Under the pieces are notes generated by a model. The model worked only from the letters and a program-made list of their open reading frames with translations. It was not told the origin of the DNA and ran no database searches. Positions 20,387 through 29,491 of a stretch of DNA of 64,000 nucleotides are shown piece after piece. Position 1 is the first letter of the stretch. Every line of letters begins with the position of its first letter. The position numbers and the translations under genes were made by a program. The DNA lies in assembly GCA_031409275.1 (NCBI GenBank), contig JANNXA010000024.1:1-64000 (forward strand). Direction: 5' to 3'. The DNA is from Planctomycetota bacterium (lineage in GTDB: Bacteria > Planctomycetota > B15-G4 > SIAN01).

Positions 20387-21228
20387 CAATAGCCGCGTTG
20401 CCGCTCGCGCGTGCGTACGTCGAATCCCAAGGCCCTCAGCTCCGGGAGGACGTCGGCCCCAGCCGCCACCGAGAGCGCCGCCACCAGCAGCTCGTTCTTG
20501 AGGTCGACCTTGGTCCCCCCATCGAACGTCGCGCGGCATTCGTCGCGCCGTCGCCACAGCTCGCGCAGGACTTTCGGGAAGTAGCCGGCACCGCGGGCGA
20601 GGCGCAGCTGCAGCAGCTCGTAGCTGCGCCAGTCGATGCGATCGAGGGTGGGCAGCCACTCCGCCTCGCGCCGTCGCTTCCACAGCGACAGCTCCGAGTC
20701 GAGCCACGCCATGTCGGCCAGGGACTCGTTGAACCAATGCGGAATGGAGTTTCCGAGCTCGAACGCGAAGCAGTGGGTCATCTCATGGGCGTAGTTGTTC
20801 GCCGTGTCGAAGATGCCGTCGGCGCGCAGGAACATCTCCGGGTCGGCACCGCTGCGCAGCGAGAAGCCGAACGGGTAGGTGGAGCCGATGTGGACGATCA
20901 CCCAGCGCGGCGCGAAGCCGAACCACTGCGCGAGCCACTCATACTGGCGCTGCAACAGCTCGACGATCGTGGCGAGCTCGAGCGTCGGGTCGGCGTGGTT
21001 CAGGACCATGACGTTGCGGCTGAGCTGCCGAGCGACCACTGGCTCGCCGTGCCACGGCGTGGTGGCGCGCGGGTCGGCGGGCGCGGCGGACACCTCCGCG
21101 AGCGGCGCCGCAACGGGTGCGGTGCATGCCGCGGCGAGGGTGATGACGAGCGTGACGACGGCACAAGCGAGCCGCCATCCCGCCGCGGTGGCGCTCCTCC
21201 TCTCGACGGGTCGAAGCTTCGTCGTCAC
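20386..21228 (-). CDS. Putative zinc metallopeptidase lipoprotein (peptidase MA-like)
   Basis: Lipobox-like TLAAAC; YAHEMTHCF...PHWFNESLA (HExxH...E); GTG start inferred. Confidence 0.65.
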   Translation of the reverse strand: MTTKLRPVERRSATAAGWRLACAVVTLVITLAAACTAPVAAPLAEVSAAPADPRATTPWHGEPVVARQLSRNVMVLNHADPTLELATIVELLQRQYEWLAQWFGFAPRWVIVHIGSTYPFGFSLRSGADPEMFLRADGIFDTANNYAHEMTHCFAFELGNSIPHWFNESLADMAWLDSELSLWKRRREAEWLPTLDRIDWRSYELLQLRLARGAGYFPKVLRELWRRRDECRATFDGGTKVDLKNELLVAALSVAAGADVLPELRALGFDVRTRERQRGY

Positions 21229-21287
21229 GGCGGGTCGCCCTTGGGAGAGGTCAGCACCCGACGAAACTCGGAGTGCTGCGACCCGGG

Positions 21288-21890
21288 CTACGGCTTGCTC
21301 GACTCGAGGGTCACGTCGTCGATCCGGACCTCGTCCTTGCTGCCCTCGGTCGAAGCGATCAGCCGCAGCTTGATTCCCTTCGACGCGGCGAAGGGTTGCG
21401 GATCGACGAACACCGGACCGAGCACGCCATCGAGGAACATCTGCAGCTGCCCTTTCGCGGCGCGCATCTCGAAGCTGAACCAGCGGCCGGGGTAGATCCA
21501 CATCTTCGAGTCGACGGCGACGAAACGGTCGGCGCGCAGGAGGCAGCTCTTCACTCCGTCGAGGACGCTGTGGTAGCGCCCACCGAAGACGAAGGTGTAG
21601 AGCTCGGCGCCGGTGGCCGCGTCGTACGCCTTCAGCTCGAGGCTCGCCTTCTCTGCGCTCCACCCCTTGCACGTGAAGCGGAAGTCGGCGCCGATCGGGC
21701 CGGCGAAATCGAGCGCGCCGTCGCCCGTGAATCGCAACTGCCCGTCGACGACCTTGCCCGACTTCGTCGCGACTGACCAGCCGTCCGGCAGCTTCTCCTT
21801 CGCGAAGTCGAGCGTGAGCGTGTCGCTCGGCGCGGCGACCGCGACGGCAACGAACGCCAAGGAAAGCAGCGCGGTCGAAAGACGACTCAT
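21288..21890 (-). CDS. Secreted hypothetical beta-sandwich protein (ConA/DUF1080-like)
   Basis: Signal peptide; TLDF...LPDGW, GRWFSFEM...LQMFLDG, VRIDDVTLE pattern typical of ConA-like folds. Confidence 0.55.
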   Translation of the reverse strand: MSRLSTALLSLAFVAVAVAAPSDTLTLDFAKEKLPDGWSVATKSGKVVDGQLRFTGDGALDFAGPIGADFRFTCKGWSAEKASLELKAYDAATGAELYTFVFGGRYHSVLDGVKSCLLRADRFVAVDSKMWIYPGRWFSFEMRAAKGQLQMFLDGVLGPVFVDPQPFAASKGIKLRLIASTEGSKDEVRIDDVTLESSKP

Positions 21891-21959
21891 CGCGAACTCC
21901 TCAAGGCCGGGAACCGCATCGGACCAGCGGGGACATGATGAGTTCCGCGCGGGCTTTGA

Positions 21960-22739
21960 TCAGCCGTCCTCTTCCAGCGCGCTGGTGTCGTTGCCCATCG
22001 TGACCGCCCACGCCTCGGCGATCTGGTCGATCTGCCTCTCGCGGAAGATCAGGAACGGCACGCGCGGGATGCGGCGGATCTCCTCCTTGCCGCGGCTGTC
22101 GCGGACGACGATGTGACCCGCGCCGAGCAGCAGCAGCTCGAAGACGTCGGGGAACTCGACGCTGAGGCGCTTCGCCCCGCGGGTGATGGCGTCCTCCATC
22201 TCGCCGCGTCGGAAGAGGTGCAGCTCGTTGTGGGTGATGCGCCAGCGGTGATTCAGGAAGACGTTGATCGCGACGCCGATCAGTCCGACGCCGATCAGCA
22301 CGCTCATCGCGTGCATGAAGCCCGGCTCGATGCGAGCGTTCAGCGAGGCCAGCAGGTCATGGACCTGGCTCAAGACCGGGATCTTGAACGCCTCGTTGAG
22401 GTAGAGGCCGCCGACCCAGCACAACGCGATGAAGAGGAGCCATCCGATGGCGAGGTTGCGGCGGACGTCGAATCCGACGGCGATGAAGCAGGTCATCAGG
22501 ATGGTGATGTAGACCCAGGTGATCGGCCCTTGCCACTCGCCCTTCCAGTGCAGCAGCGCGGCGCAGATTTCACCGCCCACCACCAGCGGCCAGAACAGCG
22601 TGAAGAGCGGATAGCTGCCGAAGCGCATCTCGGAGACGCGCGCGGACGCGGGCTTCGCCGCCGCGGGTGCGGCAGGAGGTGGCGGGTTCGCCGGCGGCGG
22701 ATTGCCGGGGACCGGGGCTGGATCAGCCATCGTTGCCAT
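21960..22739 (-). CDS. Hypothetical membrane protein (4 TM plus soluble C-terminus)
   Basis: Pro/Ala-rich N-terminus, four hydrophobic segments, strong GC3 codon bias. Confidence 0.7.
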   Translation of the reverse strand: MATMADPAPVPGNPPPANPPPPAAPAAAKPASARVSEMRFGSYPLFTLFWPLVVGGEICAALLHWKGEWQGPITWVYITILMTCFIAVGFDVRRNLAIGWLLFIALCWVGGLYLNEAFKIPVLSQVHDLLASLNARIEPGFMHAMSVLIGVGLIGVAINVFLNHRWRITHNELHLFRRGEMEDAITRGAKRLSVEFPDVFELLLLGAGHIVVRDSRGKEEIRRIPRVPFLIFRERQIDQIAEAWAVTMGNDTSALEEDG

Positions 22740-22826
22740 CCTTCGTGAGCGGGACCGGAAGCGAAGCGCGTCGATACCGCGAAGCCGCGGCGGCGCGTTC
22801 AGCGTGTCGTCTGGGGGCGACGCCGC

Positions 22827-23615
22827 TCACGGGCGGTCGTACTCGCCCAACGGTCGCACCCAGATGTTGCGGAAGCGGACCGGGTTGCCGTGGTCCTGCA
22901 GGCGAATCGGCAGTCGATCGGGGTGCGCCTCGTAGCGCGCCAGGTCGCGGTGCGACGTCGCGCCGAGGAACTCCTGCGCATGGTGCGCGACCACGCCGTT
23001 GTGGATCACCGTCACGCGCGCCGGTCGCGCCAGCTTCTCGCCGTCGAAACGGGGCGCCTCGAAGATGATGTCGTAGGTCTGCCATTCACCGGGCGCTCGA
23101 CAGGCGTTCACGAGCGGCGGTTTCTGGCCGTAGATCGCCGCGGTCTGCCCGTCGGGGTAGGTCAAGTTCTGGAAGCAGTCGAGGATCTGCACCTCGTAAC
23201 GCTGCATGAAGTAGATGCCGCTGTTGCCGCGCCCCTGCGAGTCGCCGCTGGCCGGCGACGGCTCGCTCCATTCGAGGTGGAACTGGCAATCCCCGAAGGA
23301 GTCGCGCGACTCGACATCGCCGGTGCCGTTCACTTCGGCGCAACCGTCGGCGACCTTCCACTTCGCCTCGCCGCCGCCGCTCGTCCAGTGCGACAGGTCC
23401 TTGCCGTCGAACAGCACGATGGCATCGGACGGAACGCTGCCCGGAGTCACCACGCGCGGCTGCGGTCGGCGCGAGTCGTGGACGCACCACTTGCCGTCAG
23501 GGAGCATCGGCGTGTCGGTGTAGCCGGGGGCCTGCTGCTGCGACGCGAGGCCAAACCCGCCCAACAGGAGTGCTCCGATCGCAAGACCACCGGCCGAACG
23601 TCCCGATCCGCTCAT
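22827..23615 (-). CDS. DUF1080 / 3-keto-disaccharide hydrolase family protein
   Basis: PSDAIVLFDGKDLS, FGDCQFHLEW, GNSGIYF, YEVQILD, GEWQTYDIIF, LQDHGNPVRFRNIWVR. Confidence 0.92.
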   Translation of the reverse strand: MSGSGRSAGGLAIGALLLGGFGLASQQQAPGYTDTPMLPDGKWCVHDSRRPQPRVVTPGSVPSDAIVLFDGKDLSHWTSGGGEAKWKVADGCAEVNGTGDVESRDSFGDCQFHLEWSEPSPASGDSQGRGNSGIYFMQRYEVQILDCFQNLTYPDGQTAAIYGQKPPLVNACRAPGEWQTYDIIFEAPRFDGEKLARPARVTVIHNGVVAHHAQEFLGATSHRDLARYEAHPDRLPIRLQDHGNPVRFRNIWVRPLGEYDRP

Positions 23616-23747
23616 GAGTCGACCTCCCTGCGCCGCAACCGCTTCGCTTGTCGGTGCTGCGCGGTGGCACCATACTCTCGCCTCGTTCGCATGGACACCG
23701 CGTCACGCCATTCGGGCGTCGCGCAAGCGGGGGTGGGGAGGAACGTC

Positions 23748-24002
23748 ATGCCGGACTACAGCGCGTACCAGAAGGGCGTGATCAAGCGTTACTACGAGCA
23801 CCGCGACACCATCGCGGTGCAGAAGCTCGCCGAGATCCTCTCGGACCTCTGGCTCGAGAAGAGCAAAGCCAAGGTCTCCCAGCTGTGGGAGTCGGCCTAC
23901 AAAGAGATGCAGAAGGCCGGCGTGCCGATCAACCAGGCGTGCGTGATCGTCGAGGACCGCGACCTTCAGGCGTTCGGGAAACTGGTCGGCGAGCTGAACT
24001 GA
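23748..24002 (+). CDS. Small conserved hypothetical protein (84 aa)
   Basis: SD GAGGA; MPDYSAYQKGVIKRYYEHRDTIAVQKLAEILSDLWL; strong codon bias; resembles small Planctomycete proteins (from memory). Confidence 0.75.
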   Translation: MPDYSAYQKGVIKRYYEHRDTIAVQKLAEILSDLWLEKSKAKVSQLWESAYKEMQKAGVPINQACVIVEDRDLQAFGKLVGELN

Positions 24003-24039
24003 AGCTCACGCGCCGATCGTCACGAGAGGGAGTCGATCC

Positions 24040-24453
24040 ATGCGCAACCGTGATCTCTTCGGCGCCGTGCTGCTCGCGGCCGCGAGCTGGGCTGGCTTCG
24101 CGCGCGCGCCCGCGCAGGAGGGCGCCGGCGCGACGGCGAAAGCGCCCGTCACCGCGACGTGCGAAGACCTGGTCTGGCTGAGCGGCTCGTGGCAGCAGGG
24201 AAGCGGAGACGACGTCATCGAGGAGCACTGGACGCTCCCGGCCGGCGGCTCGCTGATCGGCATGTCGCGCACGGTGAAACGCGGTCAGACCGCGTTCTTC
24301 GAGTACCCGGCGCACGACTTCCCGAACCGCATCGTCTACGAGCGCATCGACGACGAGCTGCACGCGGCCGTCTCCGGCCCCGTCACCGCGAACGAAACGG
24401 AGCAGCGCTTCCGCTACGTGCGCGCCGGCGACGGAGTGCGCCTGCCCGACTGA
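24040..24453 (+). CDS. DUF6265-like secreted protein with an apparent in-frame internal deletion
   Basis: WLSGSW...IEEHWTLPAGGSLIGMSRTVK...FFEY joined directly to PAHDFPNRIVY. Confidence 0.7.
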   Translation: MRNRDLFGAVLLAAASWAGFARAPAQEGAGATAKAPVTATCEDLVWLSGSWQQGSGDDVIEEHWTLPAGGSLIGMSRTVKRGQTAFFEYPAHDFPNRIVYERIDDELHAAVSGPVTANETEQRFRYVRAGDGVRLPD

Positions 24454-24488
24454 CGCTTCGGAAACGACGCCACGGATGGTGGAACGCG

Positions 24489-24530
24489 AAAAGAAGACGG
24501 GGAGCCGACGCATGGCGTCGACCCCCCGTC
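24489..24530 (-). terminator. Rho-independent terminator downstream of the Gly-rich gene
   Basis: Minus strand GACGGGGGGTCGACGC-CAT-GCGTCGGCTCCCCGTC (16-bp stem including G-U pairs) followed by TTCTTTT. Confidence 0.75.
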
Positions 24531-24602
24531 CGTGCATTCTCTCCGCACCTCACGTCGGTGGGCACCGGCGCCGGCGCGAGACTGCTTCCTCGTTTCGCGG
24601 AC

Positions 24603-25550
24603 TCAGCTCGCGAGCTTGCTCGCGGCGTCCTTCGGCACTTCGACCTTGGTCGCTCCGAACGCCTTCAGCGTGTAGCTCTGCTTGCGCTTGGTGTCACCGC
24701 GCGGCGAGGTCATCGTCGTCTCGATGACGATCTGGGCGGGCATCCCGGCTGCATCGAAGGTGATCGAAGCGGTGCCGCTCGAGGTGATGGTCATGCCACC
24801 GCCCGCGCCACCCGCCGTCGCACCACCGGCACCACCACCGAAGCCGCCACCCGCGAACATCTCCTTGACGCGCTTGGCGCCCGAGAGCTCATCCGCGGCC
24901 TCTTCGCTGAGCGCGCCGCTGATGGTGCAGCCACCATCCGCGGCGGTGCAGATCAGGTCGCGCATCTTCCCGTGCATGCCCATCAACAACTCGTGCGGCA
25001 GCACCTGATTCGCGAGGCCCCCCATCGCCATGCGCTCGCGCATCGCGGACATGTCGCCGCCACCCGGCGGGCCGCCTGCGCCACCACCTGCGGCTCCACC
25101 CGTCGGCGGGCCACCCGCTCCACCGCCGGCACCACCGCGGCCGCCACCACCGAAGTCCGGCGGCGTGTAGAGCTCCCACGCATCACCCTTCTTGTAGACC
25201 ATCTTCGTGTCGTGTCGGTAGGCGACCGACTCGCCGCGCGTCAGCTCGACGCCCTTGCCGATCTCGACCTTGCCCACGGTCGGGGTCGGAGCCGGCGGCG
25301 CGCCGCCCGCATCTCCGGCGCCACCCGGCGCACCCCCCGGCCCGCCGCGTCCGCCGCGGCCGCGACCGCCCATCCCGGCGCCGTCATCGAGCGCTTCGAA
25401 CGTGTAGCTCTTCAGCGCCTGCAGCGCCGCGAGCTTCTCCTTCAACATCGCAGAGGCATCGCCGGTCGCCGCGGCCGGCGGCGGCGCGAGCTTCGCTCCG
25501 TCTTGAGCAGCGCCCGAAAGCAGCGTCGACACGAACAGGTGCAGCAACAT
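24603..25550 (-). CDS. Secreted Gly-rich low-complexity protein
   Basis: Signal peptide; three GGRG/GGAG-rich tracts separating short folded segments. Confidence 0.75.
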   Translation of the reverse strand: MLLHLFVSTLLSGAAQDGAKLAPPPAAATGDASAMLKEKLAALQALKSYTFEALDDGAGMGGRGRGGRGGPGGAPGGAGDAGGAPPAPTPTVGKVEIGKGVELTRGESVAYRHDTKMVYKKGDAWELYTPPDFGGGGRGGAGGGAGGPPTGGAAGGGAGGPPGGGDMSAMRERMAMGGLANQVLPHELLMGMHGKMRDLICTAADGGCTISGALSEEAADELSGAKRVKEMFAGGGFGGGAGGATAGGAGGGMTITSSGTASITFDAAGMPAQIVIETTMTSPRGDTKRKQSYTLKAFGATKVEVPKDAASKLAS

Positions 25551-25828
25551 CGCTTCGCTCCTTCATCCGCCCGCGACCACGCAGAGCTGCGCGAGCTCCG
25601 TTTGCGGCCGCGACGCGATGGTCACGTGCACGCGAGCGCCGCGATGCGGGGATGCAGCGACGCCACCATGGAATGCCGTCTTGTACGCCGCACGTTTCGA
25701 TCGAGTAGCGCAGCAACCCTGTCATTCTGGCGACATCTTGAGATGCGCCGGGCGCGACCGTTCCTTGGCACCCCTGCACCAACCGCCACCATTGACCCTC
25801 TCGACGTCGGCGGTGAATCTGCGCCGCG

Positions 25829-26503
25829 ATGAGACTCCTGATCGTCGAAGACTCCGAAGCGCTGCGCGTCGCGCTGCGTTCCGGCCTCGAAGGGCTCGGC
25901 TATGTCGTCGACACCGCGGCGCGCGGCGACGACGGCCTGCAGCGCGCGTTGGCCGGCGGCTACGACCTCGCCATCGTCGACGTGATGCTGCCCGGCATGG
26001 ATGGCTTCGCGATCGTGCGAGAGCTGCGCGCGAGCGGGCAGGCGACGCCGGTGCTGATGCTCACGGCGCGCGACACCGTGGCCGATCGCGTGCGCGGACT
26101 CGACCTCGGCGCCGACGACTACCTGGTGAAGCCGTTCGCCGTCGAGGAGCTCCTGGCGCGAGTCCGCTCGCTGGTGCGCCGCGGCAAGAGCGCGCCGACC
26201 CCGGTCGTGAAGGTCGAAGACGTGACCATCGACACCGTCAGCCATGTCGTGCTCCGGGCCGGTCGGCCCATCGACCTGTCGCCGCGCGAGTACGCGTTGC
26301 TCGAGTACCTGGCGCTGCGCGCCGGCAGCGTGGTCACGCGCGACGAACTCGAACGCCATCTCTTCGATCAGGCCCCCGCCGACGGCAGCAACGCCGTCGA
26401 CGTCCTCGTCGGACGGCTGCGGCGCAAGCTCTGCCCGCGCGGATCGCAGGAGCTGATCTACACGCGGCGCGGCCACGGCTACCTGATGGCGGCGCCTCCT
26501 TGA
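25829..26503 (+). CDS. OmpR-family response regulator
   Basis: IVEDS, DVMLPGMDG, LTARD, GADDYLVKPF, winged-helix C-terminus TRRGHGY. Confidence 0.95.
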   Translation: MRLLIVEDSEALRVALRSGLEGLGYVVDTAARGDDGLQRALAGGYDLAIVDVMLPGMDGFAIVRELRASGQATPVLMLTARDTVADRVRGLDLGADDYLVKPFAVEELLARVRSLVRRGKSAPTPVVKVEDVTIDTVSHVVLRAGRPIDLSPREYALLEYLALRAGSVVTRDELERHLFDQAPADGSNAVDVLVGRLRRKLCPRGSQELIYTRRGHGYLMAAPP

Positions 26504-27999
26504 GATCGATCCGCACTCGAATCACGTTGGCGGTCGTCGGCTGCACGGCGCTCACCGTCGCGATCGCCGCGACGGTCGTCGCACTGGGCGGCCGCAAGCT
26601 GCTGTTCGACGCGCTCGATGAGCGGCTCACCTCGCGCGCACGCTGGTTCAGCATGGTGCCGCGCATGATCGAGACGCCGCGCGCGACCGACGACGCGGCC
26701 GCGGCCAGCGGCGACGACGCCAGTCGCCGCGGCAGCCGCGAAGGCCGCGGCTTCGGGCCGATGCCGTTCTCGCGCGGCGACGGCAGCTCGGCGCCCACGT
26801 TCTGGTCCCTGACGCACGACGCCACCGACCACAGCGAGGTCAGCCGCTACGGCGAGCTGCCCGATGGCCTCTCGCTGGCGACGCTGGGAGTGAAGGCCGG
26901 CGCACCGCCGAGCGACGTCGAACTGGAAGATGGCCGGATCCTGCGCGTCGTCTCCATCGCAACCAGCTGGTTCGCCTTCAACCGCAACCGCCTGCCCGAA
27001 TCGGCGCCGCCCGGATCCGATGCGATCGCTCGCGACGATCGCCATCCGGCGATCACCTGGCTTGCGCTCGACGGCACCGAGGTCCACCGTGAGGCGAGCC
27101 GGCTGGTCTGGCTGCTCGCCACCGCGTGGGCCGCCGCGACGCTCCTTGCGTGGCTCGCGTCGTGGGGCGTCGCGCGCGCCGTGCTCCGACCCGTGGCCGG
27201 CCTGTCGCAGACCATCGAGTCGCTGTCGCCCGAGAACCTCGCCGCCCGCGTGCCGATGGAAGAGGTGCCGGCCGAGCTTTCCGCGGTCGGCACGCGCCTG
27301 AACGCGCTGCTGCAGCGGGTGCAGTCGGCCTTCGAGCGTGAGCGCGCCACCATCGCCAACATGGCGCACGAGCTGCGCACGCCGATCTCGGCGCTGCGCA
27401 CCGAACTCGAGTTCGCCCAGTTCCGCGCCGACGGCCGCCCCGCCGACCAGCGCACCATCGCCGCGAGCCTCGCGTTGGCGCTGCGCATGCAGTCGCTCGT
27501 GAACGCGCTGCTGACCATGTCGCGCATCGAATCGGGCCAGGAGGTCCTGGCGCGCAGCGAGATCGACCTGGTGCGCACCGTGCGCGATGCGTGGGGCACG
27601 GTGGCGGCACGTGCCAAGGAGCGGGGACTCGCGCTGCGCTACAGCGGTCCCGAGGAACTGCGCCTGCTGGCGAGCGGCGACCACCTGAACATGGTGGCCG
27701 CGAACCTGCTCGACAACGCGGTGTCGCATGGCTCGTCCGGCGACGTCGAAGTCGCCGTGAAGCGAACGGCCGACGCCATCGAGTTCACCGTCGCCAATCG
27801 CTGCGAGGGCGACGCCAGCGCGGCGGGCAACCTCTTCGAGCCGTTCTGGCGCCAGGATCCCGCGCGCAGCGACGCTCGCCATTTCGGCCTCGGTCTCGCA
27901 CTGTGCGATCGCGTCGTGCGCCTGCTTGGCGGCACCATCGAAGCCAAGCAGGACGGCGGCCGTTTCTGCGTCAAGGTGACCCTGCCAAACGCCGGGTGA
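26500..27999 (+). CDS. HAMP-domain sensor histidine kinase
   Basis: TTG start overlapping the regulator stop (TTGA); 2 TM; AHELRTP H-box; NLLDNA; FEPFWR; GLGLAL. Confidence 0.92.
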   Translation: MRSIRTRITLAVVGCTALTVAIAATVVALGGRKLLFDALDERLTSRARWFSMVPRMIETPRATDDAAAASGDDASRRGSREGRGFGPMPFSRGDGSSAPTFWSLTHDATDHSEVSRYGELPDGLSLATLGVKAGAPPSDVELEDGRILRVVSIATSWFAFNRNRLPESAPPGSDAIARDDRHPAITWLALDGTEVHREASRLVWLLATAWAAATLLAWLASWGVARAVLRPVAGLSQTIESLSPENLAARVPMEEVPAELSAVGTRLNALLQRVQSAFERERATIANMAHELRTPISALRTELEFAQFRADGRPADQRTIAASLALALRMQSLVNALLTMSRIESGQEVLARSEIDLVRTVRDAWGTVAARAKERGLALRYSGPEELRLLASGDHLNMVAANLLDNAVSHGSSGDVEVAVKRTADAIEFTVANRCEGDASAAGNLFEPFWRQDPARSDARHFGLGLALCDRVVRLLGGTIEAKQDGGRFCVKVTLPNAG

Positions 28000-28011
28000 C
28001 GGGCGCGCGTC

Positions 28012-29316
28012 TCACCCCTTCCTGCCGGCCTGCTCCGCCTTCCAGGCCGCGATGAGCTCGGCCTCCTTCGCGGCGCCCGGTCCCGTGCGCAGCAGCTCCG
28101 GATCGGGCAGTTGCGGCGCCGGCTGCCCCTTCGCCGCAGCATCCGCCACCAGCTGTGCGCCGACACGGCGACGCCGCTCCACTTCGGTGGGCCACCACGC
28201 GAGGGTCGCCTTCAGCGTGTCGTCGAGCGGCCGGAAGCGCAGCCCCGCCTTCTCCGCGCGATCGTTGCTCCAGGTGTGGAAGCCGAGTTCGTTGCCGACC
28301 GGCGGCGACCAGATCGGGAAGGTCCCTTCGGGGATCCCCGCCTTCGCCAGGAAGTCGGCCGGGATCCAGGCGACGTCGCACGAACCCTTGGGCGTGAGCT
28401 GCATGCAGCTCGCGACCACGTCGCCGAAGCGCGCGAGATCGGCCGGACCGCACGCGTTGAAAACGCCGGTCGTCGCGTTCTCCACCAGCGTCACCAGGAA
28501 GTCGGCGAGGTCGCGCGCATCGATCCACTGCATCGGATCGCTCGGCGATCCAGGAACCGCGATGGCGCCACCCTTCGAGATGCGGACCGGCCAGTAGGTG
28601 AAGCGGTCGGTCGGATCGCCAGGACCGACGATGTAGCCCGGACGCACCACCGTGCACTTGCCAGGAAACGCCGCCTGCGCCGCCTGCTCGCACAGCGTCT
28701 TCAACCCGCCGTAGAACTCGCCCCCATTGCCCATCGTCTCCACCGTCGGATCGGCGAGCTGCGCCAGCGGCCGATCCTCGTCGCCGTTCTCGACGCTGTT
28801 GTCGGCGTAGGCGGAGATGCTCGAAATGAAGATGTAGTGGCTGCAGCTCTTCGCGAGCAGTTCAGCCGACGCCTTCACCATGCGCGGGTAGTAGCCCGAG
28901 TTGTCGATGACGACGTCCCACGACTTGCCACTGAGCTGCTCGAGCCCCTTGGGCGACGCGTCGGGCGTCAGCAGCTTGCCGTCCGGGCCGCGCGTGTCGT
29001 CGGCCGGCAGGTTCGGATCGCGGTTGCCATAGAGATGGGTGACGCCTTCGAAGCCGAACGGGATGCGCTTCTCGGTGCGTCCGCGGTTGAACACGGTCAC
29101 TTCGTGGCCACGCGCCAGCGCCGCCTCGACCGTCTTCGGGCCGATGAATCCGGTCCCGCCGAGGATCAAGATCTTCTTCTTCGCGCCGGGGACCGCTCGC
29201 GCCGGTTCGCGCGCGAAGAGCGGCTGCATGCCAAGACCGCCGAGCAGCCCCGCCGCCACCGCGGCCGAACCGACGAGCGACTGGCCGAGGAACGTGCGCC
29301 GAGTCGATCGTGACAT
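28012..29316 (-). CDS. Tat-exported NAD-dependent epimerase/dehydratase family protein
   Basis: TRRTFLG twin-arginine motif; GGTGFIG Rossmann motif; YGGLK; VRPGYIVGPGD. Confidence 0.88.
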   Translation of the reverse strand: MSRSTRRTFLGQSLVGSAAVAAGLLGGLGMQPLFAREPARAVPGAKKKILILGGTGFIGPKTVEAALARGHEVTVFNRGRTEKRIPFGFEGVTHLYGNRDPNLPADDTRGPDGKLLTPDASPKGLEQLSGKSWDVVIDNSGYYPRMVKASAELLAKSCSHYIFISSISAYADNSVENGDEDRPLAQLADPTVETMGNGGEFYGGLKTLCEQAAQAAFPGKCTVVRPGYIVGPGDPTDRFTYWPVRISKGGAIAVPGSPSDPMQWIDARDLADFLVTLVENATTGVFNACGPADLARFGDVVASCMQLTPKGSCDVAWIPADFLAKAGIPEGTFPIWSPPVGNELGFHTWSNDRAEKAGLRFRPLDDTLKATLAWWPTEVERRRRVGAQLVADAAAKGQPAPQLPDPELLRTGPGAAKEAELIAAWKAEQAGRKG

Positions 29317-29491
29317 CGAGGGACGGGTCGAAGCGAACGAGGGCTGGGTCACGGCGAAGCTCCGAGCAGTGGAAGTGGACGGCTCGATTCGAGTCGTTGC
29401 GGCGACCCACGGTACGACGTCGGCGCGATCGAGTTGCATCGCACGCGGCATTACGATCGGGACCCTCCCACCTCGGACACCGGAGCTGCCC

